From: Malacoraja senta
Lineage: Eukaryota
Assembly (NCBI GenBank): GCA_038087875.1
Contig: CM075992.1
Location: 4,342,001 to 4,406,000, forward strand
Direction of reading: 5' to 3'
DNA: 64,000 nt
A model generated the notes under the pieces. It had not been told where the DNA came from and ran no database searches. It saw nothing but the letters and a program-made list of their open reading frames with translations. The position numbers were made by a program, and so were the translations under genes. This document shows, in pieces, positions 52,067 to 63,395 of this stretch. Each line of letters begins with the position of its first letter. Position 1 is the stretch's first letter.

Positions 52067-53377
52067 TCACACATGGGGTGTAGGGTGTTGACGTGAAAAT
52101 CTTTTTCCTGGTGCCTTTCGACCATCTGATGTTTCATTTAGCTTAGAAGTTTGTTGTGATTCAGCATGAAAACAGGTCATTCTGCCCACTGTCCATGTAG
52201 ACCATCATTTATCCATTCACCCTAGTTCTGTGTTAGGTCATGTGGTGCATACAGCGTGGAAACGGGCGGTCAGCCCAACTTACTCACGCTGACCAACTAG
52301 TCCTACCTCTTATCTATGTACCTGTCCAAATCTCTCTTAAATGTTATGATAGGACATGCCTCAACTACCTCCACTGGCAGCTCATTCCATATACCCACCA
52401 CCCTTTGTGTAAAAAAGTTACCCCTCAGGTTCCTATTAAATCTTTCCGCCCTCACTCTAAACCTATGTCTTCTGGTTCTTGATTCCCCCTCTCTGGGCAA
52501 AAGACATTGGGCATTTACCCGATCTTTTCCTGCATTTACGCAAGCTATTCTGTCACTTTCACGTCGAATCCCTACACCCTAGGGATAATTTACAGTCCAA
52601 TCAACCTACAAACCCACATGTCTTTGGGATGTGGGAGGAAACAAGAACACATGAAGGAAATCCACGTGGTCACTGGAAAACATGCTAACTCCACACAGGC
52701 ACGGGTCAGGATCAAACCCACATGTCTGGCACTGTGAGTTAGCAGCTCTGCCAACTGCATCATTGTGTATTCAAAGTGTTTCCTCATACAACAATAATGA
52801 GAAGTCTTCACCTCACTTTCAAATCTAAATTCGGGTGCCATTTCTTGCAAGCTTCAATATTCTTAGTAGCCTATAGTTCGGCAATTTATAGACATTGGAG
52901 GGATCATGAGAATTGATGGGAAAGTAAAGCTGGCAATATCAATTTATCTGCGGAAACAAGGATTATTATAAAACACAAAGTGCTGCAGTAACTCAGCAGG
53001 TCAGTTAGCATCTCCAGAGGACATGGATAGATGACTTTTCAGGTCAGGAACCTTCTTCAGACTATCCTTACGCATGTTGCGCTGAGATACTGCCTGACCC
53101 ACTGGTCCACTCCAACACTTTGTGTTTTATTCAATATTTGTCTTTCCTTGTGTCTTTATTTTGATATTACATTGCTGAGGGACAGATGATGGGTTGGAAA
53201 TAGGGCCTAAAATGGAACTGTGGGAGCTGCCATGGATAATAATTACAGGGCATTCCATTTAAGCATTACGTCCTTGATCTACCAACAAAAAACTGTCATA
53301 ATTAGAAAATGATCAGAAATACACCATTCAGTTTACAAAAAAATAATTCAAAACAGATTTATTTCAGAAACCAGTAC

Positions 53378-53507
53378 CTGCTCTTGCTTCAGTCTTGAGG
53401 TTAGTGTTTGTTACAAAGGCTAATCCAGCATCTGAGAACACACCAAAGACATCTCTGCCACTTCCAGGTGTGCAACCAATATCATTTTTCTCCACCACAC
53501 TCCAGAT
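53378..53507 (-). CDS. C3: C3 exon ~15 ([17 protein letters not shown]...FSDAGL...)
   Basis: cag|ATC...GCA G|gtactg; 130 bp. Confidence 0.95.
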
Positions 53508-53989
53508 CTGTATAGAACACATACACAGAATGCATGTTAACCAGGCTGAAAGTACTCTAAAGTCAGTTAGCAAGTTACTAGCGGTGGAGAAGACCAGAGT
53601 CAAATACATATCCATCTGTTTGCACTTCGTTTCGAGAAGACTTTGGGCAATGCTCATGATAACAGCACATCATTGACCCAGCAAGTTATTAATCTAACTT
53701 ATTTGTTAAATTCAGCCAAGGATTCAAACACTACCAAAAGCCTACAAACTCTAAAACCATTTAACTAACATAAGCTGGATGAAAAAGGTATCATTGAGAA
53801 AAAAGATCATAGAAACAAATGGATTGTCACATTAACGGCAGAAGAACCTATGAAAGGTGCAGAAGTAGACCATCAGCCATTGAGCATACTCTAACTTTCA
53901 GCAAGTTTATGGGTGGGTTTTTTATGCAGCATTATTTTACTGTACAATCCCCATATTTGTGTCTAACCTTGATGAATATGCCACTGTTG

Positions 53990-55150
53990 TCACAGACTTT
54001 ATTAGCAAGTGTGCAGAAGACTGTGTACCAAAGTAGACAATTGGTGCAGTGGCCAACCGGAAACCATGGATGAACCATGAGGTCCACCCCCAATGCATTC
54101 TATGCCTGCTTTGAGCAGAAGTCGTTGGTAGAGTGCCACCCGCCCACCAGTCTCCGGTGCGCCTGTATCACTAGATAATGTGGCAGACATAGATCGACCT
54201 TCCTGAGAGTGAATCGCCAGAAAGCAACTGGCTCAGATGGAGTCCCTGGCCATGTCCTCAGAACATGCGTCGATCAGCTGGCATAAGTATTCGCAGACAT
54301 CTTTCACGTTGAGGTGTCCACCTGCTTTAAAAAGACCACTACCATCCAGATGCTGAAGAAAAGAAAGGTAGTGGGTCTTAATGACTACCATCCAGTGGCT
54401 CTGAATCCACCATTATTATGTGCTTCAAGAGACTAGTAATGGCACACATTAATTCTAACCTCCAGTAACCCGTGATCCACAGCAGTTTGCTTACCATCGC
54501 CATAGGTTCACAGCGGATGCCATTTCCCTGGTCCCAAACTCATCTCTGAAACACGTGGACAAGGACTCCTAGGTTAGACTTCTGTTCATGGACTTTAACA
54601 CCATAATCCCATCCAAACTCATCTTTAAATCCCTGAACCGAAGAATCAGCTCCCCCCCTCTAACACTAGTTCCACAACTTTCTGATGCACAAACCGCAAT
54701 AGGTGACAACACATCCTCTACAATAATTCTCAACATCGGAGCCCTGCATGATGTGTTCTCAGGTCCCTGCTGTACTCCCTTTACACTCACGAATGTATGG
54801 CCAAATTTGGCTCCAATTCCATCTACAGGTTTTCAGACAACGCCACTGCGGTGGGACGAAACACGAACAATGACAAGGTGGAGTACTAGAAGGAGGTAGA
54901 GAACTTAGTGACAAGGTGTTAGGATAATAACCCCTTTATCTCGGCAAAACTAAGGAGCAACGTAGATTCCAGGAAGCATGGTGGAGTAGACACTATAAAT
55001 GGTGCAGAAATGGAAATTATTGAGAGCTTCAAGTTCCTTTGCTTTAATATTACCAATGATATGCCGTGGACCAACCACGTGGCAGCCAAGAAGGCACAAT
55101 AATGCCTTTACTTCCTGAAGAGACTGAAGAAATTCAGCGTGTCTCTATCA
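53990..55150 (+). mobile_element. Decayed Rex1/RTE-type LINE RT fragment
   Basis: RKATGSDGVPG, DQLA.VF.DIF, LNDYHPVAL, FNTIIPSKLI, ESFKFL relics. Confidence 0.7.
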
Positions 55151-55208
55151 GCTACTCCACTGTACCACCCTGCAAAGTCTAGAAATTAACATTTAGAGGT
55201 TTTCTTAC

Positions 55209-55373
55209 CTTACTTTGTGTTAATTTATTTTTCTTACTCAATACAAATACTGCTTTATCCACAGCAACAAGTCCGACCTTTGCTCCAGGATCTCCTGTCA
55301 GTTTCATTGTAAACCCTTCACCGGGACCGAATATTTTCTTGTCGTCATTTGGATTTGCCGCAGAAATCTTTAG
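55209..55373 (-). CDS. C3: C3 exon ~14 (LKISAANP...GDPGAKVGLVAVDKAVFVLSKKNKLTQSK)
   Basis: cag|CTA...AAG|gtaaga; 165 bp; VAVDKAV motif. Confidence 0.95.
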
Positions 55374-56397
55374 CTGGGAAGAAATGTGTTAGTTTTGAAT
55401 ATTATCACAAATATTAGGTTAGTGCAGAAACAACAATTGTTGCTGACTGTCATCAAATTAGATAGACACAAAATGAAAGTTTCAGTCTTTCTGACCTGAA
55501 ACGTCACCTATTCTTTTATTTCAGAGTTGCTGCCTGACCCGTTGAGTTACTCCAGTATATTATATCTATCTTCAGTATAAACTAGCACCTGCAGTTCCTT
55601 CCTACACATGTCATTAAATTTATATCTCCAGTAATTGACAACACTGAATGAATACTGATTTCAGAGCCATTCCCAAACTCACGGCAATATTTGTAGCATG
55701 GAATTTTTCTTCCTGAATCTTGCGTTGTCAATTGACAGTTCAATGGGGTCCTAGCATCCAACCACCACAAAGTTATCAGTTTTGCTCTGCAACTGACCAA
55801 GTCAACTAATTCTCACCGACAGCATATCAGGAAGCAAAAAGTGTCATTCTTAATGAAATATTTAAATATTTTGTATCAAGTTTCAAAACTTAAACAACTT
55901 AAAAGCTGGTAAACCACAGTTGCATCTTGGTATCTGAACATTAATGAGAAATCAAGCACACAATCTGTCCTTGTTAAACAACAACTTCCCAACGTACAGC
56001 AAGTAGGAGGTGAAGTCATAGAGTGATACAGTGTGGAAACAGGCCCTTCAGCCCAACTTGCCCACACCGGCCAACATGTCCTAGCTACACCAGTCCCACC
56101 TGCCTGTGTTTGGTCCATATCCCTCCAAACCTGTCCTATACATGTACCTGTCTAACTGTTTCTTCGGTACATGTGAGGTGTACATTCCTTTGAGAAAGAC
56201 TGAGAAGTTACAAAACTAAAGCCTTGCAAAGGCTCAGCTGCACTGGGATTTGGTCTGAACTGGACCTATTGGATAGAATGATGGTTCATGCTACAACATA
56301 TATTCTCATCTGATGTTTCTGGGACTCTGACCCTAGAGTTTCTATTGTTACCCTCCCTGTCCCAGACTCCACTGGAAAATGAATATACAGCACTTAC

Positions 56398-56601
56398 TTT
56401 TCCCATGCATGTGTCTTCCACATCAATCCACACAGAATCGGCAACAAGTTCCACCTGTCCTCCAATGACAACGTAGTAATAAACTAACAGTCTGAATGAT
56501 GGAATTAAGTTTGCTTTGATTGGGAACTGTAATGTCACCACCCGTTGATTTGCTGTTCTCGGCTGTCTCCCGAAGTTGACAATTTTCCCGTTGCTAATCA
56601 G
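56398..56601 (-). CDS. C3: C3 exon ~13 (LISNGKIV...LIPSFRLLVYY...ELVADSVWIDVEDTCMGK)
   Basis: cag|CTG...AAA|gtaagt; 204 bp. Confidence 0.95.
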
Positions 56602-57549
56602 CTGGCAAATAAAACCAAAACAAAATAAATCAAGAAAAGTAATTTATAGAACAAATGACTTTGAAGACGTGAGTTACAAATTTGCTTTGGATGATGGCAC
56701 AGAAAGGGCAGTACTGCCCTCGCCCATGGTGAAAGCCAGTCCAATATTTAATCACATTTTCATATTGAATTAAATTAAATTCTTGTTTTGTGACAGCCTC
56801 AGACAAACCCAGTGTATATGGGGAGCCAGAATGAAAATGCAATAGCCAATAACCATAAATCTTCAAACAAGAATAAAGGCCATCGTTGTAATATTATCCT
56901 TGTATTCAACGCATGTATTCATGAACAAAGTTGAGTGAAAACCCATCTCTCCAACAGCAGGAATTTGATAAAATGGACAAAAGAAGGACCTTGGGTTTTA
57001 TGGAGCCCAAAGACTTCAAACACTTTGAAAATAATGACATTGAGAATTCATGTTTACAGTCAGTACTTCAGGAAGAATGTCAGAACTTCTGCTTTCCTGC
57101 TTCTCATGTCTCATTTTCCCTTTTTTCCTCCTCATATCTCCAAATGATCCTCCACCTCCAAACCATGGAATCCTTCGGCATCAAATCAACCCCTCAATCC
57201 CTCTCCCAACAACTGTTATAGGCGGAGCCAGACTTTGCAATCTTAACTCCTAATCAACACTAAACCACCTCCTCAGGCATATCAAGTTCAAGTTCGAATT
57301 TATTGTCACATGCACCAATTAGGGTACACTGATATTTGAATTACCATACAGCCATACTAAATGAAAAGCAACAATACACACGGGCACATAAAATAAAATA
57401 AAATCTTCGCCATCCCGCGATTTCTTCAGCGACTTGCCGGCACCCATCATAGTTGCAGCAGGTCGCCGAAAAATGTCAAAATATTGAAAATCCAGCGGCG
57501 ACCAGAAAAAGGTACGATTCTTTGGGCGACTACTCACGACCAAACAGAC

Positions 57550-57915
57550 GTCACCTGTCTGCATTTGGGTCATATCTCGCTAAGCCTTTCCTATCCATGT
57601 ACTTGTCCAAAAGTCTTTTAAATGTTATAGTACCTGCTTCAACTACCTCCTCCGGCAGCTCGTTCCATATATCCACCACCCTTTGTGTGAAAAAGTTACT
57701 TCACAAGTTCCTATTAAATCTTTCCCTTCTCACCTTACACCTATGTCCCCACTTCTGGATGCTCCTTCTCTGGGTAAAAGACTGTTTTTACCCTATCTAT
57801 TCCCATATCATGATCTTATACGTCTCTATAAGATCACCCATCATCCTCCTACACTCCAAGGAATAAAGTCTTAGCATGCCCACCTCTCCTGTTCATGCCC
57901 ACCTCTCTAGTTCAG
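57550..57915 (-). mobile_element. CR1 3' fragment
   Basis: Reverse complement of the CR1 ORF2 end seen elsewhere; similar fragments at ~16880-17200, 23275-24330, 31550-31810, 40890-41160, 50320-50605 and 52240-52530. Confidence 0.7.
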
Positions 57916-58027
57916 ACCCTCAATTCCTGACATGCACTTTTTCCAGCTTGTTATGGTTTATGCTGAAGTTTCTTAAATTCAAAATGAATGTGGGTATAAG
58001 GCAAGATAGATGTGGAGATAACCATAC

Positions 58028-58243
58028 CATGTAGGTGAAGTATTTTATTTGCTCTCGGACTCCATCGTTATCATTTCCAGTGTTCAGGTGAACCAATAAA
58101 TCGTCATCACCTGCATGTAGCTCTTTATGTTGAATACTAATGTGCAGGTAGTTATTTGATCCACGTTGTGTCTTATAAGGCAATGCAACCATTGCCGCAT
58201 GTGCCTGTCGATTTGGGGAAAGATCGGGGACATCTGTTGAAAC
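58028..58243 (-). CDS. C3: C3 exon ~12 (VSTDVPDL...SNNYLHISI...IKYFTYM)
   Basis: cag|GTT...ATG|gtatgg; 216 bp, phase 0-0; LPY...SNNYLH motif. Confidence 0.93.
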
Positions 58244-59057
58244 CTGCAAGCAGAAAGACAAAAGGGAAATGTAAATTCCAACCGTTGAGCTCATGTCCAT
58301 CTTTTGCGTCTTTTACTAGAGCATTTTGATGCCATGCTCAGTCACTTTCTGCCATGCTTTCAAGGTCATTGTTATCTCAGCAATTCAGGTTTTGGGTCCA
58401 TATTTGGTCAAAGGATGTGAAAAGGTCTCGAGTCAGGTGGTTGTGGCAAATTCCAAACTGAGCATTAGTGAACAGGATATCAGAGAAAATATGTCAGAAG
58501 GAAGTGCAGATGCTGGTCTGAGAAGGCTTCCGACCCGAAACTATTCTTTTTCTCCAGAGATGCTGCCTGACTTGCTGAGTTTCTCAGCTTTTTGTGTCTC
58601 TCTAGGGTGTCAGAGAATGTACCAGTTAATATCTGTCAATGACACCTTCCAACGCTGATGATGATTGAGAGTAAGAACATGAATAGAAACAGGAGGAGGC
58701 CATCCAGCATTTGAGTCTGAATTACCATTCAACAAGATCATGGCTGTATTTCTACATCAGTGCCATTTTCCAGCACAAATCACAAGACACTTGAGACATG
58801 ATATAACTGGTATAAAGTAGATTTTACTTCGGAGTCACGTGAGTGACTACGTGAAGAAGCCCCGTCCAGCCGCACACGCGTCATTATCGATCAGACGCAT
58901 AGCGTTCATGACCGTGTGTGGAGGAGCAGCAGCTCCTCCACGCGGTGAGTAAAAGCAACATAAGTAGAAATCGGATAAGGTAAGTGCTTTCGTTTTCACT
59001 TGCAGGGCGCTTTTCTTCCCGCTCAGACGTGTTGGCAGAGTTCCACACAACTTAGAA

Positions 59058-60529
59058 ATGGAGAAAGGGCATAGAGGAAGGAGAGGCCAGGGACGCACCG
59101 CAGGTAAAACCCCCGATGTTAAGGGTAGCGGGCGTCAGGAAGAGGAGTTAGTGGCATCGAAGCCATCTACTCCCGTTACGGTCGAATGTGCCGTCAAACC
59201 GCCGGCGGCGGGGAGCAAGGCTGGACAAAAGTCGGCCCGACCTGTAGACTCAGAAGAGTCAGACCCGGAGGAATACCCTCCTGCAGAAAATGTTATGGCT
59301 GCAAGGGTCGCTAGCTTAGAGCTCCTAATGGGGAAAATGATATATAAAGAACCCCCACAGGAGGAAGCAGGTCGGTGTTGGCCAATGGAAGACACAGCAC
59401 AGGGTGTTCCTTGGTTGGGACAGGCACAAGGGTGGCCTACAGGAGAGCCATCAGAAATGACTGTGCAAAGTTATTACAGTGGTTGGCCTACCGAAGAGCC
59501 AGTGCCCGAAATGCCTGGGAAAAGGCAATATATGGGCTGGCCTACTGAAGAGCCAGTACCAGGAATGTCTCAAAGAAGACAGTGCAAACGTACTTTTGTG
59601 CCAGCACCGAAAGTTCCAAAAGGGAAAATGATGAAGCGTTGGCCTAGAATAGAGCCAGCGCCAGCAGCACCTAGAACAGGGCTGCCTACCCGTGGGACTA
59701 TAGCAGAGCTTACGCAAGAAGATACTGGCACAGATTTACCTGAACTAGGGGATCCTGAAGTTAGTCATCCTGAGGAGGAACATCTAGACTCAGAAGATGA
59801 ATTCTATGAGGATGAGAGTTGAAAGTTCCTGGACTAGCACAAAAGTTTGCTGTCCCCAGAATAAAAGGGGAACCTTTGAGAGAGGAAATAGCAATGACTA
59901 TCAATTATTTACTTTCCCATCAGCTCCAGGAAGTAACTATGGATGAGACTATGAAACAGTATGAGCCCCCGGCGAATTGTGAATTGCTCACAGTTCCAAC
60001 AGTTAATAACTTAATATGGAATTATTTGAGCATTGGATTACGCTCACAAGAATTGAAATTGCAACATGTACTGAAATTGCTGGGGTCAGGCATCACGGCA
60101 TTTGCCAGAGGATTGGATGATGATTTTGTATCAGATTCACAACAAGATGCTTTAGCACTGATGTGTGGTGCTCATTTTGAAATAAATTGTATTCGTAAAA
60201 ATGCAATAAGGCCAAATATTCACCCCAAGTATGCAGGGCTCTGCAAACCAACCAACATACAAATGCCTAATTTACTGTTTGGAGAAAATCTATCCAAGAA
60301 ACTAAAGGATTTGAATGAAGAGTCAAAAAACCTGAGTGGTATGATGATGCGACCACCAATGCTGAGCAGAGCGGTGCGAAGGCAGTATCCCTACAGGCGG
60401 AATGCTGGTGCTGGAGAAGGAACAAGCCGATCATTCTCGTATACACGTTGGCGTGCTGCACCGGGGATGCGTGGAGGTTACAATGTGCCTACCAGAAGAG
60501 CACAACAATGGCCGGAGGCAAACCCCGAG
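59058..60529 (+). pseudogene. DIRS gag-like ORF1, split by a frame change at ~59820
   Basis: ORF 59058-59822 (low complexity, GWPTEEP repeats) continues in another frame as 59819+ (YEPPANCELLTVP...LFGENL), upstream of RT. Confidence 0.7.
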
Positions 60530-62412
60530 GTAGGGGGTCCTGGTCTGGTAAGGAATATAAATGTTTCACATTCACAAATAGGGGGAAGGTTAAGATTCTT
60601 CCTAAAAGAATGGCAGTTAATAACAAATGATGCATTTATTCTAAACAGCATTGTAGGATTCAAAATTGAGTTCTATTCACACTTGGATCCTCCAAGGCAG
60701 AAAAATTCAAGCTGGTCACGGATTTTCTCAAAAGAAGAGAATACGTTGATCAAAGGAGAATTAGAAATTTTGACCAAAAAAGGGGTAATAGAAAAGTCAG
60801 TAGAACAACACCATCAATTTGTATCAAATATTTTTCCTAGAACAAAAAAGGATGGTGGATGTAGAATCATTTTGGATCTGACAAATCTTAACCTTTATGT
60901 ACAATACAAACATTTCAAAATGGAAACATTTACTAATGCCATTCAGCTGATTATTAAAAATTATTACATGGCAAGCATAGATTTGAAAGATGCATATTAC
61001 TCTGTGGCAATGCATGGTGATGATCAAAGGTATTTGAAATTTAGATGGATGGGTCAGTTGTGGCAATTTAAAGCATTGCCCAATGGTCTGTCTTCAGCAC
61101 CAAGATTATTCACTAAATTACTCAAACCAATTTTAGCTCTTCTAAGAGCTGAGGGCCATGTACTAATGGCTTATTTGGATGATATTTTGATTGTAGGGGA
61201 CACTTTGGCTGCTGCAAAATTATCAGTATCCAGGGTTAAGTTCATTTTTGAGAAAATGGGTTTCATTATTCACCTACAAAAATCAAAATTGTTACCAAGC
61301 AAGAAGATTGATTACCTAGGGTTCACAATCAACTCAGAACACATGGTAATCACTTTGCCAAAAGAGAAAAGGCTGCAGTTAATTGAAGGTTGCATCAAAC
61401 TCATAAATGAGGACACACCTTCAATTAGAGAAGTGGCCAGCTTGCTGGGCAAATTGATTGCTGCGTTTCCAGCTGTAACATTTGGACCATTGCATTATTA
61501 ATGTTTACAGAGGGCTAAGGTACAAGCTTTAAAAATAAATACAGGGCATTTTGACTGGCCCATGAAATTAACAACTGAATCCATTACTGAAATAGAATGG
61601 TGGATTAACAAAGTTTCAGATGCTTCAAAAAAGGTTCTGGTAGAAATATCATCCGTCACTCTACAGACTGATGCAAGTGCTCTTGGTTGGGGTGCTACTA
61701 ACATGATTTCCAGCTGTGGAGGTAGGTGGAATGTGAATGAAATACCTTTGCTGGAAAAACAGGGAATCAATTACCTAGAGCTATTAGGATCATTTCATGG
61801 TCTTAAAGCTTATTGTACTAATATGAGAAGTGTGCATATCCAGGTACAGGTTGACAATACTACAGCTGTAGCATACATAAATCACATGGGGGGTATAAAA
61901 TCAGAATCATGTGATAGATTGGCAAATGAAGTTTGGACCTGGTGTATTGCAAGGAAAATTTGGCTGTCAAAAGATCACGTAAATTTAATAATACAGAATG
62001 GATGTTAAATCGGGAAATATTTACAAAAATTATAACACAATTTGGAATGCCAGATATTGATTTATTTGCATCAAGACTAAACCACCAATTGCCTAAGTAT
62101 GTTTCATGGGAACCTGATCCTGGTGCAGTAGCGGTAGATGCTTTCTCGCTAAACTGGGGTGGTATGTTTCTGTATGCTTTTCCACCATTTTGTTTAATCC
62201 ACAAATGCATACAGAAAATTAAACAAGATTCAGCCTCAGGGATTTTGGTAGTACCAGATTGGCCTACACAGGTATGGTACCCATTGGTGTTAAAAATGAT
62301 CAAAAAAACCCTTATGGTTATTCCAAAGCAGATTAAACTGCTTGTGAACCCTGTGACTAATGAGTCACATCCTTTACATAATCGTATTGGTTTGTTGATT
62401 TGCAGATTCTAA
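60530..62412 (+). pseudogene. DIRS pol: reverse transcriptase, RNase H and Dam-like methyltransferase domain (disrupted)
   Basis: IGGRL, IDLKDAYY, LPNGLSSAPRLFTK, YLDD (61172-61183); in-frame TAA 61499-61501; RNase H TDASALGWG, INYLEL, DNTTAVAYIN; deletion/frameshift ~61969; MT motifs DLFAS, VDAF, YAFPPF, PDWPTQVW. Confidence 0.92.
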
Positions 62413-63395
62413 GAAGGCCATATCTTGGAAAAGGATTATCAGACCATACGGTGGATGTTATGACAGCAGCCTGGAGGAATAGTACCCAGAAGCAGTACAT
62501 TTCCTATATAAAGAAATGGGAGGAGTTTTGTTCAGTAAAGAATATTGCATATAACACAGTAGACATTTCAGATGTAATAGAGTTTCTTTCAACTCTACAC
62601 TATGAATTGAAATTAAGTTATAGTGCAATTAATACTGCACGAAGTGCACTCTCTGCATATTTAAGCAGTGAATTAGAACAAACTCCAATTGGATCACATC
62701 CTTGGGTCTGTAGGTTTATGAAAGGAATTTTCAACTCTAATCCTCCCAGACCCAGGTATACAGAAATTTGGAATGTAAAAGATGTACTGATGTTCCTAAG
62801 GAGTTGGAATCCAATTGAAACCCTGTCATTATCCAAAATTACCATGAAATTGGTTATGCTCATGGCATTAGTTTCAGCGCAGAGAGTTCAAACATTACAG
62901 AAACTCAGAATTGATAGAATGAAAATAGGGCAAAATGCCGTGACATTCTATATCTATGATTTACTGAAGCAAAGTAGACCTGGGTCCACAGGATGCAAGG
63001 TGGAATTTTTAGCATATCCTACAGATTCACGACTGTGTGTAGTAACATATGTGAAATGTTACATAGAAACAACAAAAGTTTTAAGAGGCGCTGAATTGGC
63101 ATTGTTTATTAGTCATAAAAAGCCTCATAAGAAAGTATCGACACAAACAATCTCACGATGGTTGAAACAGGTTTTGAGATATTCAGGTATTGATACTGAT
63201 AAATTTAAATCTCATTCCACCAGGGCGGCATCAACATCAGCGGCCAGGGATTCAGACGTGCCAATAGACCTTATTCTCGCGGCCGCAGGATGGGCAAGTG
63301 AACAGATGTTTCACAAGTATTACCACAAGGAGATTAAAGATCTCAGAGGGTTTGGTGATGCCGTGCTGGATACAGTATTAAATCCCCCATTATAA
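62400..63395 (+). CDS. DIRS tyrosine recombinase (intact 331-codon frame)
   Basis: N-terminal integrase-like helices (YSAINTARSALS), catalytic R (SAQRVQTL), HSTR, AGW, FHKYY. Confidence 0.92.
   Translation: MQILRRPYLGKGLSDHTVDVMTAAWRNSTQKQYISYIKKWEEFCSVKNIAYNTVDISDVIEFLSTLHYELKLSYSAINTARSALSAYLSSELEQTPIGSHPWVCRFMKGIFNSNPPRPRYTEIWNVKDVLMFLRSWNPIETLSLSKITMKLVMLMALVSAQRVQTLQKLRIDRMKIGQNAVTFYIYDLLKQSRPGSTGCKVEFLAYPTDSRLCVVTYVKCYIETTKVLRGAELALFISHKKPHKKVSTQTISRWLKQVLRYSGIDTDKFKSHSTRAASTSAARDSDVPIDLILAAAGWASEQMFHKYYHKEIKDLRGFGDAVLDTVLNPPL

Larger units (their letters stand above)
1..58243 (-). other. C3: Complement C3 gene, internal part (27 exons traced; gene continues beyond the window edges)
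   Basis: Spliced translation contains RKRR, C3a with CC/C/C/CC cysteines ending LGR|S, FPESWLW, GCGEQ, PVIHGEM, YGGGYSSTQAT and C345C-start cysteines; all exon phases are compatible. Confidence 0.97.

Noticed and set aside
1..58243. Gene could be C4, C5 or alpha-2-macroglobulin
   Set aside because: Having both a thioester and an anaphylatoxin excludes C5 and A2M; no alpha-gamma tetrabasic insert was seen in exons ~32-33, and the motifs and exon sizes fit C3.
59101..62408. Splicing of the early gag donor (59104) to the YR acceptor (62405)
   Set aside because: A phase-1 donor into a phase-0 acceptor is out of frame with YR and stops within about 26 codons.
59819..63395. RT + methyltransferase + integrase cluster as a prophage, retron or bacterial contaminant
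   Set aside because: The ITR/ICR architecture, gag-like ORF, DIRS-type motifs and a second homologous copy inside C3 introns identify it as a eukaryotic DIRS1 retrotransposon.
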